This document shows positions 18,501-27,575 of a stretch of 64,000 bases of DNA, piece after piece (the first letter of the stretch is position 1; each line of letters opens with the position of its first letter). This DNA comes from Anaerolineae bacterium. Lineage in GTDB: Bacteria > Chloroflexota > Anaerolineae > S140-20. The notes under the pieces are model-generated. The model saw only the letters and a program-made list of their open reading frames with translations, was not told the DNA's origin and ran no database searches. The stretch is taken from contig DAOTXN010000052.1 in NCBI GenBank assembly GCA_034435435.1, positions 42,927 to 106,926 of the forward strand, written 5' to 3'. The position numbers were made by a program, and so were the translations under genes.

Positions 18501-21312
18501 CGAAGGCGATGCCGGGCTGCAAGACGTCCGCTTCACTGCCCAGGAACTCCCCATGCTGGCTCAACCAGGTCTCGACCGCGTGTGGGTGATCAACGACCTG
18601 GACAGCGAAGCCCGTCTCGACGCTCGTAGCTTGTCTACGTTGCGCGAGATGGGCATCAAATCGGCGCTTATGATTCCCCTCCTCACCGGTGAGTCTCTCC
18701 TGGGTTGGCTGGTCCTCATTACTCACCACCACACGCACATCTTTGATCCCGACCAGGTCCACCCCTACCAGGTTCTGGCCGATCAGGCCGCGGTTGCAAT
18801 ACGCAATCAGCAGTTGCTCGCGCAGGTACAGACCAGTTTGCAGGAGGTTGAGACGGTACACCGCCAATACCTGCGCAGTGAATGGAGCGAATTCTTGCGC
18901 TCGCGCGAAGAATACCATACCGCCTTTGCCTGCGACCGAGGCGCGCTCTTGCCTCTGTCAGAATTCGATCACCCGCTGATCGAACAGGCGATAAATCAAG
19001 GCGATCCCGTGGCCTACGTCGCCCAGTGCGACGACGACAACGGTGATGCAATGCCAAGGGCCAGCCTGGTGGCCCCGCTCAAGGTTCGTGGGCAGGTGCT
19101 AGGTGTGTTAGGCGTCGAAGACCCCGACCAAGCGCACGAATGGACGCCCGAAGAGATCAACACACTCCAAGAAATCGCCGAACGAGTGGCCCAGGCTATC
19201 GAAAGCGCCCGCTTGCTGGACACCACACAGACCAGCCTGGCCGAACAAGCTCGCCTGGCTGTGCAACTCGAGGCCGCCAGCAAGATTAGCCGTGCGGCTA
19301 CGTCGATCCTCGAACTGGATGTGCTACTGCCTAGCGTGGTGGAGTTGATCCGCGATCACTTTAACTACTACCATGCACAGGTGTTTCTGATCGACTCGAC
19401 TCAAAGCTGGGCCGTGCTGCGGGCCAGCACCGGCGAGATCGGACAAAGGCTACTCCAACGGGGTTACGCTCTGGAAGTGGGAGGATCGTCTATCATCGGC
19501 TATGTTACCCACACCGGCCAACCGCGCATCGCTCAAGACGTAGCCACAGATGCGGTTCACCTGAAAGACGAATTGCTGCCCGACACCCGTTCGGAAATGG
19601 CTATCCCGCTACGCACCGGCGAGCGCATTATCGGCGCGCTGGACGTGCAAAGCACCGAATCTGACGCCTTTACACTCGAAGACGTGCAGGTGCTCTCCAC
19701 CCTAGCTGACCAATTAGCTGTGGCTATTGACAACGCTCGGTTGTATCAGGAACAACTAGAGGCCGCTGAAAAACTGCGCGAGGTGGACCGGCTCAAATCG
19801 CAATTCTTGGCCAATATGTCCCACGAATTGCGCACACCGCTCAACTCGATCATCGGCTTTTCGCGGGTCATCCTGAAAGGCATCGACGGCCCGCTGACCG
19901 ATTTGCAGAAACAGGACCTTACGGCCATTTACAACAGTGGACAAAACTTGCTCAAGCTTATCAACGACATTCTGGACCATGCCAAGATCGAAGCTGGCAA
20001 GATGGAAATGGCTTTTGAGGAGACCGATCTGAACGAAGTCATCGCTGGAGCTATGACTACAGCGCAAGCCTTGGTCAAAGATAAACCCCAGGTTGAATTA
20101 CGCTACACTCTCGCGCCAGACTTACCCACCATCATCGCCGACGCCACCCGAGTGCGTCAGGTATTGCTCAATTTGCTCTCCAACGCAGCCAAATTCACCC
20201 AAGAGGGATACATCGAACTGACGGCTACCCACGACGAGCGATCTGTCATCATCAAGGTCAGTGACACAGGCGCAGGCATTCCACCCGACAAATACGACGT
20301 CATCTTTGAGGCCTTTGAGCAAGTAGATGGCTCACCCACACGCCGAGTGGGCGGCACCGGCTTGGGCCTGCCCATCAGCCGGCAGTTCATCGAGATGCAC
20401 GGAGGGCGCATCTGGGTGGAAAGCGAGATTGGCGCCGGATCCACGTTTTTCGTCCAACTGCCCATCCGCGGCCCACACACCGAGCCTGTCGTCCGAGACC
20501 AGCCAGTTGTCAGCACCCACCAGCGCCTGGTCCTGGCCATTGATGACGATGATGATGTGATCCAGATGTACAGACGGTATCTCGAACGGCAAAACTACCA
20601 AGTTCACGGCCTGACAGACAGCGAGCAAGCCGTCGAAATAGCTCGTGAGCTGCGACCTTTTGCCATCTTGCTTGACTTGCTGATGCCGAATAAGGATGGA
20701 TGGGCGATCATCCGCGAGCTTAAAGCCAACCCAGAGACCCAAGATATGCCCATAATTATGTGCAGCATCGTGAACGCTGCAGGACGTGGTTTTAGCCTGG
20801 GCGCCGCCGATTTTCTGGTCAAGCCCATCACGGAGAAGCAATTACTGACCACTTTGGCCCGTCTCCAAGACAGTTCACCGGAGGGGCGGCCCAACCGCCC
20901 TCTGCAAGTGCTCATCATCGACGATACCGCCGACGACCGCAAGCTCTTGCGCCGCACCCTGGAATCGACCGACGGCGCATATCACGTCCTGGAAGCCAGC
21001 AACGGCTATCAAGGTATCGACATGATTCAACAGCAACGACCTGACCTGGTCGTGTTGGACCTGATGATGCCCGAAATGGATGGCTTTGCCGTGCTTGAAT
21101 TGCTCAAACGAGACGAAGAGCTACGCCAGATCCCCATCATTATTGTTACGGCTAAAGAACTCACAGAACAAGAACGTATCCGTATCAACGGACAAGCCGC
21201 CGCCTTATTCCAAAAAGGTCTGTTCAAAGCCGAAGAGTTGCTTCAAGACGTGAATTATGCTCTGCATCAGGTAGGCCGCGTGACCCAGGAAAGCACAAAG
21301 GAAGAGGAATGA
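15568..21312 (+). CDS. Giant hybrid sensor histidine kinase: about nine GAF domains, HisKA, HATPase_c, two receiver domains
   Basis: H-box: MSHELRTPLNSIIGF. N-box: LLSNAAKFT. G-boxes: DTGAGIP and GGTGLGLPISRQF. REC1: ILLDLLMPNKDG. REC2: VVLDLMMPEMDG...TAKELT. The ATG at 15568 follows GAGGGG; an alternative TTG at 15535 directly abuts the upstream stop. Confidence 0.85.
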   Translation: MTEKPPAMHHTYPQRDPASQTRRGGRGERDSIRLPTDSRDSASEVWSTSAFVQLSQALLTASTLQEVLHACLEVIEPTVVNGVTVLLTGGPPSDSYLEIAAVWECNGHPYLPLGARFSTRDYAFQPLLTGQDAIVINALETDFRIQEPLRSLLLGANVQALVALPLRSGREQFGLIIIDRDDPRAFAPEHIHIYRAAAALAAGAVEKLRLIREANRALAETSTLYEISRRLSHSRNVSDILFSILDSQLFGAAGGSIALLEPSPMEGSGQDVQVESVGSQVQPNKQLVFWAAAGVGAERIVGMRMPLSQGIVGWVVRENQAAIVPDAYADERFYPQIDEATSFQTQSILCAPLRVEGRVIGAIELVDVPNSYLSQEGVRLLEQIADQAALFLENQRLLAQTQRQAQELSTLLNITQEMAATLDREQTLRLITSRILDLVKADGCHVFLLQPRPNDKPFLKPVASSDRDAAYILNTSLELGQGITGGVAQSGEGVLINRVDLDPRGFTVPGTEQIPESLISVPLVYEGRISGVMTVSRRGEQPFTSSDLNIVSAMASQAATVLENERLFDEAQQRTRELAALNAVVSTASQSLTLEEILDATLQRVADVLPDTAGLICLRDENSGELQIATHRNLPAALVRTLITKGMRGTLCEVTATQRQAYTVADLTASAPVDTSGLVKVGLYAYLGAPLIARGQVLGTLSVFGAQPNFFTSSDADLMTAIGQQVGIAVRNAQLYAQTERALKESRSLYDTSAAMSETLDLEGVLQIAVNRMAEYVGADQCRLVLFDERLGYGAVVAEYRSTPNVETIRIPMADNPSYQVLRDTGQAIAVEDVRTHPITAAIKEMLAEYGVKSMLLVPLIVQGHLIGSIDLDSTRTHRKFTQAELNFCRTLADRAALAIQNRQLLAQTQYALHETTRLYRASRALNQAQNLSDVLYAITDNLPIEQIDQCWMALTESEFADQDPTLRSFQIKALWDHEGDAGLQDVRFTAQELPMLAQPGLDRVWVINDLDSEARLDARSLSTLREMGIKSALMIPLLTGESLLGWLVLITHHHTHIFDPDQVHPYQVLADQAAVAIRNQQLLAQVQTSLQEVETVHRQYLRSEWSEFLRSREEYHTAFACDRGALLPLSEFDHPLIEQAINQGDPVAYVAQCDDDNGDAMPRASLVAPLKVRGQVLGVLGVEDPDQAHEWTPEEINTLQEIAERVAQAIESARLLDTTQTSLAEQARLAVQLEAASKISRAATSILELDVLLPSVVELIRDHFNYYHAQVFLIDSTQSWAVLRASTGEIGQRLLQRGYALEVGGSSIIGYVTHTGQPRIAQDVATDAVHLKDELLPDTRSEMAIPLRTGERIIGALDVQSTESDAFTLEDVQVLSTLADQLAVAIDNARLYQEQLEAAEKLREVDRLKSQFLANMSHELRTPLNSIIGFSRVILKGIDGPLTDLQKQDLTAIYNSGQNLLKLINDILDHAKIEAGKMEMAFEETDLNEVIAGAMTTAQALVKDKPQVELRYTLAPDLPTIIADATRVRQVLLNLLSNAAKFTQEGYIELTATHDERSVIIKVSDTGAGIPPDKYDVIFEAFEQVDGSPTRRVGGTGLGLPISRQFIEMHGGRIWVESEIGAGSTFFVQLPIRGPHTEPVVRDQPVVSTHQRLVLAIDDDDDVIQMYRRYLERQNYQVHGLTDSEQAVEIARELRPFAILLDLLMPNKDGWAIIRELKANPETQDMPIIMCSIVNAAGRGFSLGAADFLVKPITEKQLLTTLARLQDSSPEGRPNRPLQVLIIDDTADDRKLLRRTLESTDGAYHVLEASNGYQGIDMIQQQRPDLVVLDLMMPEMDGFAVLELLKRDEELRQIPIIIVTAKELTEQERIRINGQAAALFQKGLFKAEELLQDVNYALHQVGRVTQESTKEEE

Positions 21313-23066
21313 CTCGGACATCCACCTCCCTCATGTCATCAGATGCATGGCTCGAATGCGCCGCCTGCGGCCAACGTCACCCGCTGAATGCCCGCATCAC
21401 ACAATGCGAAGCGTGCGGCGAGGACTGGCTCGACGCTCGCTACGACTATGCGGCGCTGGGCGAGTTGTGGCGACGAGAACTGCACCGCCGACCGTTCAAT
21501 AGCATCTGGCGTTATCGCGAATGGTTGCCGCTGCGCCGCGACGAAAACATCGTCTCGATGAACGAAGGCGGCACCCCACTGCTCCACTGCAAAAACCTGG
21601 GTTTGATGCTGGGTTGCCCCAATATTTACATCAAGGATGAGCGTCAAGGCCCCACCGGCTCTTTCAAAGACCGGCAGGCATCGCTGGCTATCTCAGTGAT
21701 GAAAGAAATGGGTCTCTCGGAAGCCGTTTTGGCCTCTACCGGCAACGTCGCCATCTCCTACGCTGCATACGGCGCGCGGGCAGGCATTAAAATCTGGGCC
21801 TTTGTCACCAGCACCGTCCCCGCCGACAAGATGCGCGAAGTGGCGCTGTATGGCGCAGAGGTCGTCAAGGTCACGGCGACGTACGACCAGACCAAACAGG
21901 TAGCGGCCCGCTTTGCCGAGCACAAACAACTGCACCTCGACCGGGGCATCCGCAGCATCGCCGCCAAGGAGAGCATGAAGACGGTGGCGTTCGAGATCGC
22001 CGAACAATTGGGCCTGCTCGCCGGCCGCCCTATGAGCGAGCCGTTTTGGCGGGTGATGCCTGGTCAGGCCTGGCGCGTGCCCGACTGGTACTTTCAGGCC
22101 GTCAGCGGCGGATTGGGACCGGTGGGGGTGTGGAAAGGCTTTGAAGAACTCAAGCGCATGGGGTTGACCGACCACCTTCCCAAACTGGCCTGCATCCAGG
22201 CCGCTGGCTGCGCCCCTATGGTTCACTCGTTCCAGAAGGGATTGGAACACGCCGAGTCGGTGCTCAACCCTCAAACGCTCATCACCACGGTGGCCACCGG
22301 CAGCCCTGGCCCGGCCTACACCTTTTTGCAGCGCGTGGTTCGAGAATATGGAGGTGCCTTTGAGTGTGTGACCGACGAAGAAGCCTTCCGCGCCATGCAC
22401 CTGATGGCTAAACTGGATGGCTTTTCGATGGAGCCAGCCGCGGCGATAGCCTTTGCCGGCCTGTTCAAAATGGTGCGACAAGGGACTATCCAACCTGACG
22501 AGGTGATCGTAGTCAATTGTTCCGGCCACACCTTCCCGGTCGAAAAACACCTGCTCAACGAAGGCTGGGCGCGTAGTCTGGATTTGGGCATTGAGGCGCC
22601 CTTAGCCGAGGCAGTCGCAGCCCCAGAGACCAAAGTGGCTTTTCCACTGCCTCAAGAAGAGGGCCTGCTGGTCTCGTTGGAAAGGCTGGACGACCGCGTC
22701 AAGAGCGTCGCCATCGTCGAAGACGAGCCGGACGCAGCGCGGCTGTTGCGCCGCATCATCCAGGCGCGCGGGGGCTATCAGATTTTCGAGGCTCATAACG
22801 GCCGCGAGGGGCTGGAACTGATCCGCCGCGAACGCCCCGACCTGGTGTTGCTGGACCTAATGATGCCGGAGATGGACGGCTTTACGGTGCTCGGCAAAAT
22901 GAAAGAGCAAAAAGAAACCGCCGACATCCCGGTCATCGTCATCACCGCCAAAGACCTGACCCTACAGGAACGCCGGCGGCTCAGCGGACACGTCGAGTCG
23001 CTGCTGCAAAAAGGCTCCTACATGGACATGGAATTGTTGGACGATCTGATGGATGTGTTGGCGTGA
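21309..23066 (+). CDS. Threonine synthase-like PLP-dependent enzyme with N-terminal zinc ribbon, fused to a C-terminal response-regulator receiver domain
   Basis: Zinc ribbon: CAACGQ...CEACG. PLP-lysine block: GPTGSFKDRQASLAIS. ASTGNVAISYAAYGARAG matches the ThrC family. C-terminal REC: VAIVEDEPD...LLDLMMPEMDGF...VITAKDLT. The ATGA start overlaps the kinase stop. Confidence 0.8.
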   Translation: MTRTSTSLMSSDAWLECAACGQRHPLNARITQCEACGEDWLDARYDYAALGELWRRELHRRPFNSIWRYREWLPLRRDENIVSMNEGGTPLLHCKNLGLMLGCPNIYIKDERQGPTGSFKDRQASLAISVMKEMGLSEAVLASTGNVAISYAAYGARAGIKIWAFVTSTVPADKMREVALYGAEVVKVTATYDQTKQVAARFAEHKQLHLDRGIRSIAAKESMKTVAFEIAEQLGLLAGRPMSEPFWRVMPGQAWRVPDWYFQAVSGGLGPVGVWKGFEELKRMGLTDHLPKLACIQAAGCAPMVHSFQKGLEHAESVLNPQTLITTVATGSPGPAYTFLQRVVREYGGAFECVTDEEAFRAMHLMAKLDGFSMEPAAAIAFAGLFKMVRQGTIQPDEVIVVNCSGHTFPVEKHLLNEGWARSLDLGIEAPLAEAVAAPETKVAFPLPQEEGLLVSLERLDDRVKSVAIVEDEPDAARLLRRIIQARGGYQIFEAHNGREGLELIRRERPDLVLLDLMMPEMDGFTVLGKMKEQKETADIPVIVITAKDLTLQERRRLSGHVESLLQKGSYMDMELLDDLMDVLA

Positions 23067-23110
23067 TGAGTGAAACGTCATGAGTAATGCGTGATTCACG
23101 TTTCACGTTT
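23061..23110. repeat. Intergenic hairpin element, CGTGAAACG / CGTTTCACG family (copy 1), between convergent genes
   Basis: GTGAAACGT pairs with ACGTTTCAC (9 bp). Tandem TTCACG-type heptamers (ATTCACG TTTCACG TTTTGCG) are present. A related copy lies at 41230-41295. Confidence 0.5.
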
Positions 23111-24053
23111 TGCGCTCTGCCTCTGCCTCCAGCGCAGCCATCCACTCTTCGGCCGTAAAATCGGCGCGCGAATCGCGCCGCACCAACAGCCCGGCGGTGA
23201 TGATGAACGCGCCGCCCAGCCACTGCCACGGCGTCAGGCGCTCGCCCAGTAACACAAAAGCCACCAACAGCGTGACAAACATCTCGCTCAGGCCCAAGAG
23301 CGCCGTTTGAATCCCGCCCAACATGCTCAGTCCCAAAAACATGAACAGGCGCGACAGCGCCGTGACGGTCCCCAGGCCCAGCACCGCCCCCCAGCCCGCC
23401 GCCGAAATGGGCTCCAGGGGCGCGCCTCGGGCCAGCCGCGCCACGCACACCACCGCCGCCATCGTCGTCAACACGTATAACGCCACCGAGCGCGGCGCCA
23501 CGTCTGCCGTGACCCATTGCCCCAGCACCAGATGCCAGCCATAAAAAGCTGCTGCGGCCATCATAAGCATGATTCCCATAGGGTCGGCCGCCCCGTGGGT
23601 CTGGGTCAACAACAGCACACCGCCGCCGGCCAACATCAGCCCCACTACTGTAAAGCGGCTCAACGGTTGGCCCGACGCCGCCAAAAATACCACCACCCAC
23701 AGCGTATACGTGGTGTTGATGAGCGAAACCAGCGAGGCGTCAATGCGTGACAGGGCATTATAATAGAACAGCGAACCGATCCCATTGACCAACCCCACTG
23801 CCACACAACCCACCAGATCGGACCGCGAAACGCGAATGTAGCGCCGCCAGAATATGAAATAAAACAACCACAACAATCCCGCCGCCAGCGCCGTGCGCAT
23901 GGCCACGACGGTGTAGGCGCTTAGCCCCTCGCCATAGGCCAGCTTGCCAAAAATGGGCGCCCAGCCCAAAAATACCGTGGAGAACAGCGCCGCCCCCACT
24001 CCCCACACCTGCCGGCGATCCATAGCGTGGCGGCCCAACCGATATGTGCTCAT
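23103..24053 (-). CDS. DMT-superfamily (EamA-like) transporter, about 10 TM
   Basis: Polytopic hydrophobic protein with the two-EamA-repeat style (FLGWAPIFGKLAY...; LLGERLTPWQWLGGAFIITAGLL). Start chosen at the ATG preceded by GGAGGAAG; the ORF extends to 24173. Confidence 0.75.
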   Translation of the reverse strand: MSTYRLGRHAMDRRQVWGVGAALFSTVFLGWAPIFGKLAYGEGLSAYTVVAMRTALAAGLLWLFYFIFWRRYIRVSRSDLVGCVAVGLVNGIGSLFYYNALSRIDASLVSLINTTYTLWVVVFLAASGQPLSRFTVVGLMLAGGGVLLLTQTHGAADPMGIMLMMAAAAFYGWHLVLGQWVTADVAPRSVALYVLTTMAAVVCVARLARGAPLEPISAAGWGAVLGLGTVTALSRLFMFLGLSMLGGIQTALLGLSEMFVTLLVAFVLLGERLTPWQWLGGAFIITAGLLVRRDSRADFTAEEWMAALEAEAERKT

Positions 24054-24163
24054 TTCACTTCCTCCAGCTGCCCCCGAGAAAAGCCCAAGACGAGCCAGTT
24101 GCCATCCTGCTACAATGATGCTACACTGTCTGGCGTACAACGTCTTCAGAACGCGGCGCCAGG

Positions 24164-24739
24164 ATGAAAACACTTGCTCGTAAAATAAAAACGGTGTGGC
24201 AAAGACTCAACCGCTCGCAGCGTCGCGCATTGGCCTTACTGGGGATGATCAACCTGATAGTTCTGGGTATCCTCGCGTTATTGCTGCTGCGGCCGCCCAT
24301 GGCACAAATCGCACTCTTGCAGTCGCCGCTCGCCGCGTCCCAGGTAGAAACCTGTCGTCAATCGGTGAGTCGGGCGCTGCTCCAGCGCGGGTCCAGCGGC
24401 CTGGTCCAAGCTTTGGCCGACGGCAGCCTCCTCATCCAGTTGGAGCGTCCAACGGCCAACCCTGGTCCTTCGGTTGGAACTGGCTCAAACCACCTGCGCA
24501 GCGCCGCCGACGCCGCCGTTTGGCTGGCGTTTGAGGCGCTTTCTGGGGCCGGGCGCGACGCCTGCCAGGGTTTTCGGACCGTTCACGTCACGGTCGTGAT
24601 TCAGATCGCCGATTCGCAGCCTGTGCGGGTGACAGCGCGCGCCGCGCTATCCGACGTGCTAACCTGGTCGCAGGGCCGATTCGACGACGCCGAACTGGCC
24701 CGGCGTGTGGAATACCATGCGCCCGACGCCAGCCCTTGA
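24164..24739 (+). CDS. Hypothetical membrane-anchored protein
   Basis: 191-aa ORF with a single N-terminal TM (ALALLGMINLIVLGILALLLL). No family recognised. Confidence 0.45.
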   Translation: MKTLARKIKTVWQRLNRSQRRALALLGMINLIVLGILALLLLRPPMAQIALLQSPLAASQVETCRQSVSRALLQRGSSGLVQALADGSLLIQLERPTANPGPSVGTGSNHLRSAADAAVWLAFEALSGAGRDACQGFRTVHVTVVIQIADSQPVRVTARAALSDVLTWSQGRFDDAELARRVEYHAPDASP

Positions 24740-24768
24740 GCAGCCATCGCTCAACCTTTCGAGGGCGT

Positions 24769-27381
24769 TCAGGGCAAGTTCCTCAGAACAAGCGGCAAGT
24801 AAAGCCGGCCCTTGAACACCTGCGTGACCACCGGCGGGCCGCTGCGCGTGTTCACGCCCTGGTCAGTGCGCACGACCCGGTAACGCGCGTTGGTCATCGT
24901 GTGCGTCGCCGTGACCACAAAGCTGACTTGGGCCGAGCCCTCGTTGGGAGCAATTTGAGCCACCGTCCAGCTCACGACCCCGCCCAGCCACAACGTGCCC
25001 TCTTGTTGCGCGCCGATCCAGGTTGCGCCAACCGGCAGCGCGTCGGTGATCCACACGTTCGTCACCGTAACTTCCAGGTGATTGGTGAGCGTCAAGGTGT
25101 ACGTGATCGGCTCACCCGGTTCGGCAAAAGCCGGAGCGGTCTTGACCAGACTCACCGTCGGCAGCTCATCGGCCCCAATGTCCGTCTCACCAAAGCGCGC
25201 ATCTCCCTCCCAATCTACCAGCGACGCGAGAGATGTTAACCCCGCGCCCACACACGGCGACCCAAAGCGCAAATGGTAATCCCGGCCGGCCGCGTCGCGG
25301 AATAGCGGGGCTTGCCCAATGCTGCCTGCGCCGCTGACCACCCCCTGATAATCGACGCCGTTGCTCCACACATCGTCGTAGGTGGTCACCACATTCGCAC
25401 CCACGACCACCGAAATGCCGGTCGTGTAACTGACCAGGATGTTATTGGCCGAGGTCAACGTCACCGCCGGGTCGAGCACGTGCAAACCTACCCCCGTGCG
25501 GATGGTCGGGTGGCCGACCAGCGTGTTATTGACCAGTGTGCCCGCAGACATGCCCACCGCCTGCACACCGCCGGCCGTATTTTCGCCGATCAGGTTGTTG
25601 AACGCCGAAAAATCGGTCGCCCGCTCTAACTCCAAGCCAAAGCCAGCGTTGCCAAAAAGATGATTGGCCGAAATGGTCACCGTTTCACCGTCCACGTCGA
25701 TGCCGCTGCCCGCATTGTTGTAGAGGGTGTTGTCTTGAATGATTCCGGTTGTCCCATTAAAGGCAATGCCATCGTCGGCGGCGCTATAAACCGTGTTGGC
25801 GATGATCGTCGCCGTCGCGTTCGGCTCCACGTGGATACCATCCGCTGCCGCTCCCAACGTGTTGTAAATCGTGTTCTCTTGCAGCACGACCGTGCTGCCG
25901 CCCCGCACGCGCACCCCCTCGTTCTGGGTGTCGTACACGGTGTTGCCCAACACCGTGGCCTCGTCGGCGTTCACGTTGATGCCCTGACCGCCGGTCTGGT
26001 GCACGATATTGTCGCGCATCAGGCCGCTCGAACCTTGAAAGTTGATGCCGTCGGCAGCGGCGCTGTATACCGAGTTATACTCTATCGTCGCCGACACACC
26101 TGGGCCGACGTAGATGGCATTGGCCGTATCGGCGAGGGTGTGCGTGATGGCATTGCCGCGCACCCAGATTTCGGAGGCGTTTTCCACCTGGATGCCGACG
26201 TCGAAGGCCCCAACCACCACATTGTCCTCGATTGCGCCCGCCGCGCCTTTGAAATCAATGCCGTCATCGGTCACGTCAAAGACAAGGTTGCCCTCGATGG
26301 TCGCCAGGGCGTCAGTGATGACGTAAATGCCATCTTCTCCCGGCGTGGCGCTGCTATAGACCGTGTTGTTTTGAATCAGCGCAAATCCGCCCGCGTTTTC
26401 TGCCCGAATGCCGGTCCCCCCGGCGCGATAGATTTCGTTCGTCTCGACGGTCACGACGCCGCTGCCCGCAAGCTGCACGCCTTCGTTGTCCACGTCGTAC
26501 ACGGTATTGCCTGCGGCCCAGGCCGTCCCTGCCGTATCAATCTGCAGGCCGTCGCCGCCGCTGGAATAGACACGATTACCGATCAAAGAGATTTCGGCGG
26601 CCTCGCGGGCGCGTATCCCATCGTCGGCAGTGTTGTACACAAGCGTGGCGCTGACCGTGTAGGGTCCGCCGTCGCGCAGATAAATGCCGCGCCGGCTGTC
26701 AAACGCCACGACCTGTCCGGCGTCGTGCACCGTGACGCTGTAAATCTCGGCGCTGCCGGCCTCGACGAGGATACCGTTATCCCCCGTATCATAAACCAGC
26801 GTGTTCGACGCCACCAGCCACGCGCCGTTGGACTCGATGCCGTCGTCATCGGCGGCGTGCACTCGTAGATTGATCAGCCTGGCTCCGGCAGCGGCGTACA
26901 AGTGGACGCCATCTTCACCCTGGAAAATCGTCAGGCCATCCAACACCACGCTGGCGCTGGCGGCCACGGCCACGGCGTACACCCCCACGCCTGTCTCGCC
27001 GGCGATGACCGTCTCGTATGCGAGCGGGTCCCAAAGCGTGAAATTCGCGTCCCAACCACCCTGTACGGTCACGTCGCGGTCGATCACGATTGACTCGGCA
27101 TAGTCGCCAGCAGCCACCTGGATCGTGTCGCCATTCTGGGCCTCATACGTGATCGCGTATTGGATCGTCTGGCAGGCCTGGTTTAGCGGGCCGACGCCGC
27201 AACCGGGACCATCTGCGCCGTAAAGTCCGTCCACCTTGATGTTTTTGGCCGCCGGCGCGGCCACGAGTGGCCTGCTCAACGCACTCGTCAGCGCCCAAAG
27301 CGCCGTCGCACTCAAGAACAGCGCCGCCAACACCGCGCTGCCTCTGGCAATCCATTCACAAAGGCTTCCCCTCGAATTCAT
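24769..27381 (-). CDS. Secreted right-handed parallel beta-helix repeat protein with C-terminal DUF11-like domains
   Basis: N-terminal signal/TM AVLAALFLSATALWALTSAL. About 20 repeats of the type N.VY......DGI.... (PbH1-like). C-terminal block LVKTAPAFAEPGEPITYTLTLTN is DUF11-style. Confidence 0.75.
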   Translation of the reverse strand: MNSRGSLCEWIARGSAVLAALFLSATALWALTSALSRPLVAAPAAKNIKVDGLYGADGPGCGVGPLNQACQTIQYAITYEAQNGDTIQVAAGDYAESIVIDRDVTVQGGWDANFTLWDPLAYETVIAGETGVGVYAVAVAASASVVLDGLTIFQGEDGVHLYAAAGARLINLRVHAADDDGIESNGAWLVASNTLVYDTGDNGILVEAGSAEIYSVTVHDAGQVVAFDSRRGIYLRDGGPYTVSATLVYNTADDGIRAREAAEISLIGNRVYSSGGDGLQIDTAGTAWAAGNTVYDVDNEGVQLAGSGVVTVETNEIYRAGGTGIRAENAGGFALIQNNTVYSSATPGEDGIYVITDALATIEGNLVFDVTDDGIDFKGAAGAIEDNVVVGAFDVGIQVENASEIWVRGNAITHTLADTANAIYVGPGVSATIEYNSVYSAAADGINFQGSSGLMRDNIVHQTGGQGINVNADEATVLGNTVYDTQNEGVRVRGGSTVVLQENTIYNTLGAAADGIHVEPNATATIIANTVYSAADDGIAFNGTTGIIQDNTLYNNAGSGIDVDGETVTISANHLFGNAGFGLELERATDFSAFNNLIGENTAGGVQAVGMSAGTLVNNTLVGHPTIRTGVGLHVLDPAVTLTSANNILVSYTTGISVVVGANVVTTYDDVWSNGVDYQGVVSGAGSIGQAPLFRDAAGRDYHLRFGSPCVGAGLTSLASLVDWEGDARFGETDIGADELPTVSLVKTAPAFAEPGEPITYTLTLTNHLEVTVTNVWITDALPVGATWIGAQQEGTLWLGGVVSWTVAQIAPNEGSAQVSFVVTATHTMTNARYRVVRTDQGVNTRSGPPVVTQVFKGRLYLPLVLRNLP

Positions 27382-27575
27382 CTTGGCGTCCCTTCAACCA
27401 CCTGTTGTCAAAATATCTCAACGCATTCTATCACAAGCTCTACTTGACGGCAAAATTATCAGACAGCCGCCGCCACGCGCGCCGCGCCAAGCCCCGGCGG
27501 AAAAAAAGACCCACACTGCCAGGTCTCAAGCCGAATCTTGCGGTCAGTGAGCACATCCTTACAGAACACGGAGGC

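Noticed and set aside
23103-24053. Functional link between the EamA transporter and the ThrC-REC enzyme (for example as a threonine/homoserine exporter)
   Set aside because: The genes are convergent, with only a shared hairpin between them. The DMT superfamily is too broad in specificity for this to be more than speculation.
25660-26868. 402-aa ORF on the plus strand, antisense to the beta-helix gene
   Set aside because: It lies entirely inside a minus-strand gene with clear periodic PbH1-type repeats and a signal peptide. The antisense translation is low-complexity (Arg/His/Gly/Val-rich) with no family features. This is a typical high-GC shadow ORF.
27505-27535. A7 run plus agacc/ggtct hairpin that would be a minus-strand terminator
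   Set aside because: The stem is only 5 bp, and no intact minus-strand gene lies upstream of it. At best it is a relic of the deleted region.
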